Positions 8,139-18,832 of a DNA stretch of 64,000 nucleotides are shown one piece after another; position 1 is the first letter of the stretch, and every line of letters starts with the position of its first letter. The notes below the pieces were generated by a model, which worked only from the letters and a program-made list of their open reading frames with translations, searched no databases and had not been told where the DNA came from. This stretch comes from a virus. The stretch spans positions 1-64,000 of IMG/VR virus record IMGVR_UViG_3300026484_000295, one strand, 5' to 3'. A program made the translations under genes and the position numbers.

Positions 8139-8641
8139 AGGTATTTTATTTTTTTGAATTTAGTTACAGCTAATAATTGTTCTGGAAGTGGAAATTCATT
8201 TTCTCTAATAAAAGATGATGTTGATTTTTCTATTAAACTTTCAGCTCCAATTATATTTTCAAAGATATAATCATTACCTAATGAATTAGGAAGAATTCTA
8301 TTTAATTTTACTTCTGCTTCTTTGCCATTAGGGAAAATAATCAAATAAAAATTACCAACGATCAGATCAGATGGATCAACTGAATCACCAACTACTTTTT
8401 CAGTTGGATTATCATTTAATATTTGCGAAACAAGCCATTCCGATGGACTCATATTGTCTGGCTTTATAGATTCTTCGAATTTAAAGTCCTCTTGGAGACG
8501 ATTACTATCCATAATATGGTTAATGATAAACTCTTTCTCATCCTCGGTTAAATGATCAGGTAAACCCATTTCTTTCAACATTTTTTCATCATCTAACATT
8601 AAACGTATCCACGCTTCATTATTGTTTCCTATTCTACTCAT
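8135..8641 (-). CDS. Hypothetical protein
   Basis: 168-aa ORF coupled to the upstream gene. Confidence 0.75.
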   Translation of the reverse strand: MSRIGNNNEAWIRLMLDDEKMLKEMGLPDHLTEDEKEFIINHIMDSNRLQEDFKFEESIKPDNMSPSEWLVSQILNDNPTEKVVGDSVDPSDLIVGNFYLIIFPNGKEAEVKLNRILPNSLGNDYIFENIIGAESLIEKSTSSFIRENEFPLPEQLLAVTKFKKIKYL

Positions 8642-9285
8642 CAGTTATTCCTCATATTTAGTTGCTGTATGGTTATTTCAATTCTAGGTTTGTTATTACG
8701 AATATATTCAATACTTATATCTCTTTTTAATTTCCCATCTTCACCAATTATTTGGTCTAATGTGTATTGTCTATCTTTTTTATTTTTATAATCATCAGTA
8801 AAATAAAGCTTTCCATCTTCACCAAAATATTTTATTAAGAATGTATCCTTATCAGATAAATGGTTATCTACAATAGTAATTTTGCTAATTTTTTTTATTA
8901 TTTTTGCTTGTTTTGGTTTGTGTGTAATGTCAATACTATCATACACCATAATTATCCCAGCAAGCAACAAAAATATAGCATAATATATCATCCCTTTCTT
9001 AAAATCATGAATATTTCGCGGGTGTCTGTATTCTCCTTCATAATCTTTTTCAAAAGCTTCACCAGGACCGGCAGCAAGTATAATAGTTATAAAAAGGAAT
9101 ACAGTTACTGAAATTACAATCCATGGTAAACTTAAATTTACTATTGATGTATAGTGCAAAATAGCATTAACAAGTAAAAAAACTAAAACAGTAAAAAAAA
9201 TAAAATTACTATATGTTTCTTTTAAAAAAATATCATCAATTTTTATTTTTTTAAAATTAATTAATGGTCTGTTACTAACTTTCAT
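8641..9285 (-). CDS. Membrane protein (about 3 TM segments)
   Basis: Hydrophobic stretches in the N-terminal half. Confidence 0.7.
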   Translation of the reverse strand: MKVSNRPLINFKKIKIDDIFLKETYSNFIFFTVLVFLLVNAILHYTSIVNLSLPWIVISVTVFLFITIILAAGPGEAFEKDYEGEYRHPRNIHDFKKGMIYYAIFLLLAGIIMVYDSIDITHKPKQAKIIKKISKITIVDNHLSDKDTFLIKYFGEDGKLYFTDDYKNKKDRQYTLDQIIGEDGKLKRDISIEYIRNNKPRIEITIQQLNMRNN

Positions 9286-9300
9286 TAATAAACCTTCAAA

Positions 9301-10683
9301 TTAGTTTCCAAATAACTCAATAAGTGTTCTTACACCAAATCCAGTTCCACCAGCGGGATTAGTTCCAAAAGATTTATCTACAAATGCTGGTCCGGCAATA
9401 TCCCAATGCACATACTTTTTAATATTTTTCTTTTTTATAGAGTTAGTTAAAAAGAGTCCTGCTTTTTGACATCCCATATTTGGTGTTCCTGTATTAGATA
9501 AGTCTGCTAAACTATCTTTCACTCCATCCATCATATATTTATGAAATTCAGCATTCATAAATATTTCGTCAGACTTCTTACCTTTTTTTATAACTTCTTT
9601 TTTCAATTTGCCATTGAAACCTACTAATGCTGCTGCTTCATCTCCAAATTGATAAACTGCAGCTCCAGTAAGTGTTGCTAAAGAGTAGATCTTATCGATT
9701 TTCTTATTTTCCTCTTGAGCTAAACAAAGATTATCAAATAATACTAAACGGCCTTCAGCATCAGTATTTTTAACATGAACAGTTTTCCCATTTTTCATAG
9801 TCAATACATCATCTGGTTTATAAGCGCTACCATCAATCATATTCTCTGCAATAGCTAAGTAACAAACAATTTTATTATTTGAGCCAAATTTTGAAATGTA
9901 ATCCATAAAACCGATAAGGGTCATTGCACCGGCTTTATCCGCTTTCATAGTAGTCATATGATTGCCAGGTTTAATACTCAACCCACCACTATCATAAGTT
10001 AATCCTTTTCCAACTAATACAATAGTTTCTTTTGGTTTCTTTTTTGGTTTATAAGTCAATTTAATTGTCATTGCTTCATGGCGACTAGCTCTATTGACTG
10101 CCAAATGACCATTCATATCCAATTCGTCAAGGTCTTCTTCTTCATGCCAAGAAACTTTTACTTTTGTATCATCAAATAGTTGACTTACATACTCTAAAAT
10201 AGTATCACTATACATGTCTTCTGGTGTTGTATTTACTAAATCTCTAGTAATACATTGTGCTTTTGCTTTTGCAATAGATTTTTTAAGTTTATTTGTGACT
10301 TTTTTACTACAATTAATCACTATTTGTTTAAGCTTTGGTTCATCAATTTTACTCTTATATTGATTAAATTCATAATCTCCAAGAACCAAACCTTCTACAA
10401 ATTCATTGGATGCATCTGGTAAATCTAATGCTACTGTTTTAGAAGAAAGTTTTTTAAGATATTGTATGGTTTTATAACCAAGCTCTCTCCAGTCATTCGC
10501 ATCTTTAATACCCTCAATACCAATATAAAGTATATGATTCCTAATGAAAAATGTTGCCTTTTTACCTTTAAATCCGGCAGCACTCATATCTTTATTTTTA
10601 AGTTTTTTTACGTCTTTTGATTTAACAAACTTAGTAGATAAGTTTGCATTTTGATTTGATTTGTTAAATATAATTCCAGTCAT
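9301..10683 (-). CDS. pepA: Leucyl aminopeptidase, M17 family
   Basis: VGKGLTYDSGG, MKADKAG, NTDAEGRL, ATLTGA, HWDIAG motifs. Confidence 0.96.
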   Translation of the reverse strand: MTGIIFNKSNQNANLSTKFVKSKDVKKLKNKDMSAAGFKGKKATFFIRNHILYIGIEGIKDANDWRELGYKTIQYLKKLSSKTVALDLPDASNEFVEGLVLGDYEFNQYKSKIDEPKLKQIVINCSKKVTNKLKKSIAKAKAQCITRDLVNTTPEDMYSDTILEYVSQLFDDTKVKVSWHEEEDLDELDMNGHLAVNRASRHEAMTIKLTYKPKKKPKETIVLVGKGLTYDSGGLSIKPGNHMTTMKADKAGAMTLIGFMDYISKFGSNNKIVCYLAIAENMIDGSAYKPDDVLTMKNGKTVHVKNTDAEGRLVLFDNLCLAQEENKKIDKIYSLATLTGAAVYQFGDEAAALVGFNGKLKKEVIKKGKKSDEIFMNAEFHKYMMDGVKDSLADLSNTGTPNMGCQKAGLFLTNSIKKKNIKKYVHWDIAGPAFVDKSFGTNPAGGTGFGVRTLIELFGN

Positions 10684-10688
10684 TTTAA

Positions 10689-10759
10689 CCCTTTATGTAT
10701 TTTTTTATATGTTTATTATAAGTGATTATATCTTAAAATAAGATAAAATACATAAAGGG
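10689..10759 (-). promoter_or_regulatory. RBS-sequestering hairpin with a sigma70-type promoter in the loop, upstream of pepA
   Basis: 15-bp inverted repeat 10689-10703/10745-10759 covers the AAAGGG SD; TTTAAG(10737-10732)-N11-TATAAT(10720-10715) in the loop. Confidence 0.65.
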
Positions 10760-10764
10760 ATAGT

Positions 10765-11109
10765 TTAAGACTTAGAGAAATCTACTTCATCATATTCAAT
10801 AGAATCCATACAATGCCTGTCACTAGTATGGTCAATTTTACTTAAAACTTTACACAGCCATATTTCAAATTTTGTAGCTTTATTATTTTTAATTCTCCAA
10901 CCCATTCTACCGCTAATAGTATGATCTTCCGATCCACCTAAAATATTATTTCCTGCTTGATCAATACTTAATGCAATACTTAATGCACGATCTTTCATTT
11001 TTTTATCTTCTAATAATACTGAAATCAAAAATAAAACTATATATAATACTGCAAATACAATCAAAAATATTGAAAAAAATATATCTAAAATATAAACAAA
11101 ATAAATCAT
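10765..11109 (-). CDS. Phage membrane protein
   Basis: N-terminal TM; DQAGN..LGG..D.TISGR motif common in phage tail-region proteins. Confidence 0.65.
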   Translation of the reverse strand: MIYFVYILDIFFSIFLIVFAVLYIVLFLISVLLEDKKMKDRALSIALSIDQAGNNILGGSEDHTISGRMGWRIKNNKATKFEIWLCKVLSKIDHTSDRHCMDSIEYDEVDFSKS

Positions 11110-11690
11110 TATACTGTTGTACCTCTATATGTTTCCAAAATAACAACAAGATTTAGATTCACATTTCCAGTTGGTGAATCAACCGTCATTTTAATTTTAA
11201 ATATATTTGGTATTTTCGCAGTATCAGATGAAATCATCATTAAACCTGTAGTATTTGTTCCAAGAATTAATGCCTTATTAACAAATCTATCAATAACAAT
11301 ATCAACTGGATACTTAATATAACCCCCAGTATTTGTAGTATTTTCAACTAAAACATTATCTATAAGATCATAATTACCATCTCTTTCTGGCTTTGGCATA
11401 GGTTGGTTTGCTGGAAGAATAATTTCCATAGTTACGCAGTCACCAACTACAGCATCTTCCCACATTAAATATCCATCTTTAAGATAAATATCGTCGATAA
11501 ATTGTCCTTCAATACTTAATTGATTTAAAGCGTCAGTATTACGAAATAATAATTTCTCACCAGCACCACGAACACCATTAGTCATATCATCAAAATTACT
11601 AGTATAATATAATCGACTATTTTCTTGTCTCGATGAAACGTATAATTTTTTAGTCCCATCTAATTGAACAAACGTGCTATTTTTAGCCAT
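11109..11690 (-). CDS. Putative virion structural protein
   Basis: Beta-rich 193 aa in the minus-strand structural operon. Confidence 0.55.
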   Translation of the reverse strand: MAKNSTFVQLDGTKKLYVSSRQENSRLYYTSNFDDMTNGVRGAGEKLLFRNTDALNQLSIEGQFIDDIYLKDGYLMWEDAVVGDCVTMEIILPANQPMPKPERDGNYDLIDNVLVENTTNTGGYIKYPVDIVIDRFVNKALILGTNTTGLMMISSDTAKIPNIFKIKMTVDSPTGNVNLNLVVILETYRGTTV

Positions 11691-11699
11691 AATAACTCC

Positions 11700-13619
11700 T
11701 TAATTATAATACGTAGTAGAATCAATTTCTACTATATCATTATAAGTTTCTTTTTTTAAATTAATATTCGACCTAAATTTATGATAAGATTTTCTCGGAC
11801 GTGAATATCGTCTTCTAGCATCATCAAACCACTCCATTTTTATCATCTCAGTTTCTTCATCAGTAGTAATATACAAATCTGTTTTAGCTGGAATAGTATA
11901 AAATGTATTTTTACCAGTATGGTAATCTTGAAATCTAACATTAATTTCATTATTAGATCCATTTCTTAATTTCCAAACATTACATTCTTCATTATTGAGT
12001 TCAATTTTACCTAAAGCATATGCTCGAATACCATTATATTTTGTTTTCAAACCAAAACAACCATTTTTACCTATTTGTTTAAATTTAGACTCAATAGTTT
12101 CTGGAGTAAAAATTATAATTTTATCTGTCATTGGAAAATTAACATTTAATACAATATCATTAAAATCATTATCTCCACCATTAGGCAGATCTTCAATTCG
12201 TATATTTGTTCCACCAATACCGTCCGATTCATATATAAAGTGGTCTTTACCATCATAATTTAATAATGGGTCTGAAAAATACACAGGTAAATCCGATGCA
12301 ACATCATCAATAAGTAATGTTGGATACGTTGATGAGTTATCGAAAGAAATTACTGATGAGTCATTTACTATATCCGCTCCATTAGCAATAATAAAAAAGT
12401 CATATTCATTACTAGCTAAACTAGTTATTGGTTCATCTTTAGATATAACACTACTATCAGAAAATAATAATGTAACTGATTTTGGCTTCCCATTTAAATC
12501 AACAGTATAAGAGCCGATTGAACTTTTAAAACTTCCTGATGATGAAATAAATTTAAGACCCGTTGATGCGTAATAATGAGGTTCAACCCATCTATCTGAC
12601 CAATCTGGAAGTTCTAAATTTGTTAAATCGAACATTTGATCTAAAAATTTAATATACCTAACATTTTTTACTTTCATATAAAAATGATTCGGGTTCCAAT
12701 CAGTCCAATCATTATATTCAATTAATTCAATAGTAAAAACACCCAACTCATCATTATTAAATATTTTAAATTCCGAATATGTTGTTCCATCAAGGTTTTG
12801 ATAATTAGATGGTATTACTAATTTTGCGCCATCTGATTGTTGGACAAGCCTAGTATCAATACTTAATTCATATAAATTAATTTTTTTATCCAAAATAATA
12901 CCTATTTTATCACTCCAATCCCAGTTAGCCCATTCACCACCAACAATTTTATTTTCATTCCACCATAAATACGCACCATACCATTCTTCGGTATTAGAAC
13001 ATGCTGTTTGATTTTCATACCATGTATCCATGAAATTTTGAAGATCTAACGTATTAATATTGGTAACGTATCCATCAACATAAATATTTACTGCTGAATC
13101 ACCGGCATCGGATAATAATTCAAAAATTGGGTCGGTTAAACGATATTCAAAATTTAATGTAATCTCTTTATCTTGCTTTAAATATTGCCAAGGCATAACT
13201 ATACCTTGGGATTTAATTCGATATTTTATTGATTTATTTTTTGCTGAAATTCTAAATGTATCTACTTTGCCTTTAAATGTTTTAAAAACAGTTCCACCTT
13301 TTGAAATACAAAAAATATCTTCAAGATAATAAAATCTTTCAATTTTTGTATTTTCTGTTTGTATCTCTTCAGATACTTTATTAATGGTATTTTGATCTAT
13401 TACTTCAGAAAAAACTTCTGAGGATGATACTTCTTGACCCATATCATCAATCAACTCTATCTTTTTTTCATCGATTAATACATCTAATTCATTCTTTGCA
13501 CTTACATAATCTATATCAAAGTCGGCAATAATTTTTCGGGTATCACCGGCAGCGATAGTTAAATCTAAACTATAAATTGGCACTAATTGGTTTATTATAT
13601 TTTTTATATATACTGTCAT
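11700..13619 (-). CDS. Putative virion protein with DUF4114-like Ca-binding segment
   Basis: IRIEDLPNGGDNDFNDIVLNV motif; operon context. Confidence 0.55.
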   Translation of the reverse strand: MTVYIKNIINQLVPIYSLDLTIAAGDTRKIIADFDIDYVSAKNELDVLIDEKKIELIDDMGQEVSSSEVFSEVIDQNTINKVSEEIQTENTKIERFYYLEDIFCISKGGTVFKTFKGKVDTFRISAKNKSIKYRIKSQGIVMPWQYLKQDKEITLNFEYRLTDPIFELLSDAGDSAVNIYVDGYVTNINTLDLQNFMDTWYENQTACSNTEEWYGAYLWWNENKIVGGEWANWDWSDKIGIILDKKINLYELSIDTRLVQQSDGAKLVIPSNYQNLDGTTYSEFKIFNNDELGVFTIELIEYNDWTDWNPNHFYMKVKNVRYIKFLDQMFDLTNLELPDWSDRWVEPHYYASTGLKFISSSGSFKSSIGSYTVDLNGKPKSVTLLFSDSSVISKDEPITSLASNEYDFFIIANGADIVNDSSVISFDNSSTYPTLLIDDVASDLPVYFSDPLLNYDGKDHFIYESDGIGGTNIRIEDLPNGGDNDFNDIVLNVNFPMTDKIIIFTPETIESKFKQIGKNGCFGLKTKYNGIRAYALGKIELNNEECNVWKLRNGSNNEINVRFQDYHTGKNTFYTIPAKTDLYITTDEETEMIKMEWFDDARRRYSRPRKSYHKFRSNINLKKETYNDIVEIDSTTYYN

Positions 13620-13628
13620 AAAATTCTC

Positions 13629-14861
13629 CTAATATTCTTCTGTCCACACAAAAGATGCAAAAACATCAGAACTAGAATATAATGTTTTTGCACAAAGTGT
13701 AATAGCTGGAGCATTCGTCCCATCAAAATTAACACATGATAAAATTTTCTCTAATTCATCCAAATCTGTCATTTTTTCAACAGAACCGGCAGCTAAGAAT
13801 CCACTCGTAATCACTTCACCACCAGAAATCGCCGTACTAGATATATCATATTCAACACTAGAATTACTCGATATATTATTCCACATTGGAGAAGTTAGTA
13901 TTGCTCCAGTACGAATTTCAAAATAAATATCTCTATCTAATCCAAATACAGATATTTTTCTTAGAGTTGCTACAATTCTATTTACTATATTATTAATAGT
14001 CAATTGGGGTTTAATACTCAAAATAGGTATTAATGCAGTACTACAATTTGTTGGAGCAATATTATTTGATATAGAAAATTGTGAAATATTAGCTCTACCA
14101 TTTCCTTCTGTCATTACAGCAACTGCCGTTTGTTTTATTTCAGCAACATTAATACCTGATAAATTTTTGATTTCAAACCTAACAGGTAGTGAAGCCGTAC
14201 TCATAAAAACAGTATTTGATGAATTTGTAAATTTAAACTCATGAACGTATATAATTTCGCCGTCTATTAATAAACCTGCTCTAACTTTACCCGTTCCCAT
14301 CCATTCAATATCAAAAACAAATACTTGATCTTTAGAAAAATCAACACTAATTGTACTAGAGCCGGATCCATTTAATTGATCTAAATTCCAAGATGTTTGT
14401 GGTATCACTAATTCAGTAATATTTGAAGTAGCCTTACTCCTAACAACAATTGATACTGTTGAATCCGTACTATCAATATAAACACCATTATTATCATCAA
14501 AATAACCAATTTTTTTAGTTATACCATTAACAGGCATTCCTAAATTACCAGATATAAAAATAAGTTGCGACTTACCTAATCTTGCACGATTATAAATCTT
14601 TGATTGTCTAATAACTTTATCGCCTATTGATGCATTAACATTCATTTTTAAAGAACTCTGTTCTGGTAGATAAGTGTCAGTTCCTGTTCCACCAATAATG
14701 GTGTGCCATAAATTGTCTTGTTTATTATAAGTTAATTGACTTTCAAATAATGTTGTTACATTTGAAATTCTCATCCTTCCATACGCATCAAATTGATGCT
14801 CTTCTTTAGCTATATTAACTTCTCCGTCAATCGTTACTCCGCCGAATGGTAAATATGACAT
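13629..14861 (-). CDS. Putative virion beta-sandwich (lectin-like) protein
   Basis: DAYGRMRIS N-terminus, FDIEWMGTGKVRAG, TASLPVRFEI, W.E C-terminus, a pattern typical of large-phage structural proteins. Confidence 0.6.
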   Translation of the reverse strand: MSYLPFGGVTIDGEVNIAKEEHQFDAYGRMRISNVTTLFESQLTYNKQDNLWHTIIGGTGTDTYLPEQSSLKMNVNASIGDKVIRQSKIYNRARLGKSQLIFISGNLGMPVNGITKKIGYFDDNNGVYIDSTDSTVSIVVRSKATSNITELVIPQTSWNLDQLNGSGSSTISVDFSKDQVFVFDIEWMGTGKVRAGLLIDGEIIYVHEFKFTNSSNTVFMSTASLPVRFEIKNLSGINVAEIKQTAVAVMTEGNGRANISQFSISNNIAPTNCSTALIPILSIKPQLTINNIVNRIVATLRKISVFGLDRDIYFEIRTGAILTSPMWNNISSNSSVEYDISSTAISGGEVITSGFLAAGSVEKMTDLDELEKILSCVNFDGTNAPAITLCAKTLYSSSDVFASFVWTEEY

Positions 14862-14873
14862 CGATTATCTCCT

Positions 14874-15350
14874 TTATATTATGAACCATTGTAAGCCATC
14901 AGAAATGACTGTTAATGTTGCATACTGTGTATTAATTTCTACTCCAGACTGACCATCTATAAGTTCATTATTAGTGGCAACAATATAAACTTTATTATTA
15001 CCTGATGAAATACGCTTAATATTATATATATTCTCTTTTACTGAACTTGCGGATGGTAGACTTATATAAATTTCTTTGGTAGATGCATCAGCTAAAATAA
15101 CATAATCATCGTTATCAACCATATAGTCATCTGTTATCTTTTCAATCGAATGTGCTCTTGATATAGTAACCCACTTAAAATCTTCTTGACCTTCATTTTG
15201 TTCTATACTAAATAAAAATTTACTTTTGGTTCTATCAAAAGCAATTTCCGATTCATAAGATGGGATTGAATCAACGTTATAATTTACTGGTAATCCAATC
15301 CCTTTAAGTGGTCTTAAAAATTGATGAAAAACCTGTTCTCTTTGTGCCAT
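14874..15350 (-). CDS. Putative tail-fibre-associated protein
   Basis: VILADAS...I.LP...IDG...L.VISDG.QW.I domain of fibre proteins. Confidence 0.6.
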   Translation of the reverse strand: MAQREQVFHQFLRPLKGIGLPVNYNVDSIPSYESEIAFDRTKSKFLFSIEQNEGQEDFKWVTISRAHSIEKITDDYMVDNDDYVILADASTKEIYISLPSASSVKENIYNIKRISSGNNKVYIVATNNELIDGQSGVEINTQYATLTVISDGLQWFII

Positions 15351-15427
15351 AAATATCTCCCCATGAAACTTTCTTTTATTTATTCATTAATCGTAAAAAA
15401 AATTGTATATATTGTATAATATTTTGA

Positions 15428-15733
15428 ATGAAAGAGAATCTTATACAAATAGGTAAAATCTTATATATTATTATAGATTATAAACAATATGCAAAGATAA
15501 TAAAAGGTGAGATTATTAACTTAACTAATGATAATTTCTGTATTAATACATTTGAAATGGGGAAAAATAAAGGGACTTTTGTTTTTAGTTTTACGCAACC
15601 CAATATATTTATTTCAGACAATAAGGGTGATGCCAACCTTATATTTCACGCGATCAATTTTAGAAGTCAAAACTATGAGGATACACCGGATATTTTAGAA
15701 TCGAAAAAAAAATATCCGGAATTATGGATTTAA
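15428..15733 (+). CDS. Hypothetical protein, probably leaderless, ending KYPELWI
   Basis: TGTATAAT 7 nt before the ATG. Confidence 0.65.
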   Translation: MKENLIQIGKILYIIIDYKQYAKIIKGEIINLTNDNFCINTFEMGKNKGTFVFSFTQPNIFISDNKGDANLIFHAINFRSQNYEDTPDILESKKKYPELWI

Positions 15734-16945
15734 CTATTGTGTTGTACCTGTGGCATCAACCCAATCAGTACCATTCCACCAAATAGGTATATTTAAATCA
15801 GTATCAAAATACATAGTACCAATAACTATACCCGACGGTCTATCAAGAGAATTCCCAGATCTAACCTGTGTTTCATTATATAAGTTCTGCACTTTATTAG
15901 ATGAATATACTGTGGTTGTACTAGGAGTTTCATCATCAATCGAAACTGAAGAAGTTACAGTACTTATATTTGAACTAGTAATTATAGCCTCAATTACACC
16001 ATCACCATTTTCAACAAAAAGTCCAGCAGGATATGTTTTAGAGTCAATTGTTGCACCTTCACCTAAATAAGTTAAATCTCTCCATTCGTTCACCTTTGAA
16101 TCTTTAAACTTTATTAAACCACTATCAGTCTGTATAAATGTTTTTGCATATATATAATCACTGCAAAATATGGCATTATCTGTACCTATATACCCATGAA
16201 ATTGCGTGTTTGATGGAATAGATACACCGTTTGATAATCTAGGGCCAGTCATAGTAACCATCTTATATTCTGACGGGTGTGGACTAGGATTATGTTTCAT
16301 ATTAAAAACTACAGACGGATTACCATCGCTATCAGTATGTTCCAATGTAGTATTTTCAAAATCAAAAGTTCCAGTAGAATCCATATTTGGTATTATGGGT
16401 GTTAGTATTTTTTTATCTACAATATTGAATTCTAATTTAGATATATCTCCTTTATCATATGTATCCTCAGAAAGAGAGCCAAATTTAAAATATTTAAAAT
16501 CGCCTATTGGCAAAGATACTTTAATATTGGATATAGTTTCAGTATTCTCTAATCTAGTAGTAGCAAAAATAATCCAATCGATATTATTTTCTGAACAATA
16601 AAAATTTATAACGGGAGTGTATTGCCAATTTTTAGATGTTAATTTTATTCGGTTAAATTCTTGAGCAGATGCAAAAGTAAAATAAACAAAATTTCCATCG
16701 GGGGTATTGTCTAAAGCATTAAGAGTTACAAAAGCTGTACTTCCATCAATTAGATTTTCAATATTCCCTGATACTATATCAAATGTACTTGTTACATTAA
16801 TCAAAGTACGTCTATCTCCTGAATTATAGGCTGTATTGGCAGGCACTATTTCATCCGAACTATATACGATTCCATCTGATGTAATATCTAATGGCATACC
16901 ATTATACTCAAAACTTTTTGGTCTGAAATCACTTAAATATATCAT
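15734..16945 (-). CDS. Putative tail fibre / receptor-binding protein
   Basis: Discoidin-like N-terminal region; C-terminal RP...GTMYFDTDLNIPIWWNGTDWVDATG; start ATG overlaps the upstream TGA. Confidence 0.6.
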   Translation of the reverse strand: MIYLSDFRPKSFEYNGMPLDITSDGIVYSSDEIVPANTAYNSGDRRTLINVTSTFDIVSGNIENLIDGSTAFVTLNALDNTPDGNFVYFTFASAQEFNRIKLTSKNWQYTPVINFYCSENNIDWIIFATTRLENTETISNIKVSLPIGDFKYFKFGSLSEDTYDKGDISKLEFNIVDKKILTPIIPNMDSTGTFDFENTTLEHTDSDGNPSVVFNMKHNPSPHPSEYKMVTMTGPRLSNGVSIPSNTQFHGYIGTDNAIFCSDYIYAKTFIQTDSGLIKFKDSKVNEWRDLTYLGEGATIDSKTYPAGLFVENGDGVIEAIITSSNISTVTSSVSIDDETPSTTTVYSSNKVQNLYNETQVRSGNSLDRPSGIVIGTMYFDTDLNIPIWWNGTDWVDATGTTQ

Positions 16946-18822
16946 AAAATTCTCCAATCATTATTTATAAATACCAACTCAAATGTTTCATCATTTGTAT
17001 TCACTATTAGTGGTGAGGATGATTTCATAAAGGTATTATTCGATTCAATAGTTAAATTATTTACTGAAAAATCCCCTGATAAACAATGTATTAATATTCT
17101 ATCAAAATTACTAACATTACTATCCGGCAATATAAGCGTTATAGGATTATTTGTAACATCAACATAATATCTTGAGCCAATCACCGCTGTAGCATCAGAA
17201 TTTAAGATAACATCAAATTGTAGCTGATGTATTAGATTTAATTTTAATTCTAATTCTGATTTTAACTGATTATCTGCTGATGTTCTCGTACTAACTTCAT
17301 CATTAAAATCAGACACCATTGTATCAATTCTATCAGTAAGGTTATTATCTGATGTGGTTCGATTTACTTGTTCTGTAATTATTTTATTATCTAAATCAGT
17401 TTTATTATCTTTTATTATAGTTTCTATTTTTAATAATGTATTATAATCAGTACTTACATCATCTAAAATGGATATTTTTGAATTATTAATATCGTTCGTT
17501 ATATCGATATATGATTTTAAACCGGATCCATTAGGGTCTGTAAAAATATATTTACTAGAATAAACACCACCTTCACTTTTAACTTGGTTTTTAATATCTG
17601 TATAACTAAAAGATGAAAGTGTATCTGCATTTGTGGCTGCATCCACCTTTATAGCTTTAACATTTAATTTAACATCATTATTACTAAAAAATCCATCTGC
17701 TTCGTTTGTTGTTAAATTTGATGATGCATTAGTTAATATTCTACTTCTAGTAGTAGAAATAATATTTTCAGCAGTATTACCATTTAATGTATCTGCTTCT
17801 TTAGCATTATTAACTTTCGTTGTTAAGATTTCAGCCCGAAATTCAGTTATGGTTTTATTATCATTTGCATCACCAAAACGTACCGCTCTGCTTGCAGTAT
17901 TAGAGTTTAGTGCTGCAACTTTATCACTAAAATCCGTACTATTAATAACCCAAGTCTTATATTCCGTCCCTGTATAAATTTCACTACTCGAAACTACAAA
18001 TCTAGTAGCTTTATAAATTTCCGAATTACTATCTGTCTTTAATTCATCTTTTAATTCATCCCAAGATTTTGTATTCCCATTTGTCATCTTTAAACCATTA
18101 GCAGTAAATGCGTTGTAAACTAGCACCTCTTTTGCTTGTTCAGAGCTAAGAATATAATCTCGTAATTCTATTAAATTATAATCAACTGTACCATATTTTA
18201 TATGATTTGACGCATATACAATTAGTTCAGTTTCCCCTACTAAATCACCATTATTTCTTTTTAATTTAAGAGCCTGATTTGCTTCTTTTACTACTAACTC
18301 AGCTTGTGATGTATTATCTAATAGATGTGCATTATCAGCATTAACAGCGGTCCTTACATCTAAAGTATCTTCAGTTTTTCCAGCTAAAAGAGCAGAGTCT
18401 CTTACACGTCTTAAATTTACATCACTCATCAAACTTGCAACAGTAAATGTAGGTGAGTCAGGTAATTCTCCCGCTTTTAAACGTCTAGAAATATCTACTT
18501 CTAAATTAAATGGTTCTAATCCTCTAACCATTTCTGTATTATAAACACTAAGGGTATTTTCTGTTTTATATACTGGATCACCGTTGGTGTTTACCGTTGG
18601 TTCACCATTAATATCGACACTTCTTATTTTTTCAGTATTATCCGAAAAAACTGAATGATTAACATTAAGAGAACTTTCTGTTTTTCCACCTAATTTAGTT
18701 GAATCTAAAACACTTAAATTACGTTCGTATTTTCCACCTAATTTAGCGGCATCTCCTACTCTTTTTGTACCAAAATAAATTTTATTAAATTCAGTTATTA
18801 TTCTATCAAAAATTAATCTCAT
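16942..18822 (-). CDS. Putative long tail fibre protein
   Basis: Repeated (N/D)A..L.G spacers, coiled coil and C-terminal fibre domain. Confidence 0.65.
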   Translation of the reverse strand: MRLIFDRIITEFNKIYFGTKRVGDAAKLGGKYERNLSVLDSTKLGGKTESSLNVNHSVFSDNTEKIRSVDINGEPTVNTNGDPVYKTENTLSVYNTEMVRGLEPFNLEVDISRRLKAGELPDSPTFTVASLMSDVNLRRVRDSALLAGKTEDTLDVRTAVNADNAHLLDNTSQAELVVKEANQALKLKRNNGDLVGETELIVYASNHIKYGTVDYNLIELRDYILSSEQAKEVLVYNAFTANGLKMTNGNTKSWDELKDELKTDSNSEIYKATRFVVSSSEIYTGTEYKTWVINSTDFSDKVAALNSNTASRAVRFGDANDNKTITEFRAEILTTKVNNAKEADTLNGNTAENIISTTRSRILTNASSNLTTNEADGFFSNNDVKLNVKAIKVDAATNADTLSSFSYTDIKNQVKSEGGVYSSKYIFTDPNGSGLKSYIDITNDINNSKISILDDVSTDYNTLLKIETIIKDNKTDLDNKIITEQVNRTTSDNNLTDRIDTMVSDFNDEVSTRTSADNQLKSELELKLNLIHQLQFDVILNSDATAVIGSRYYVDVTNNPITLILPDSNVSNFDRILIHCLSGDFSVNNLTIESNNTFMKSSSPLIVNTNDETFELVFINNDWRIL

Positions 18823-18832
18823 TTATATTTCC

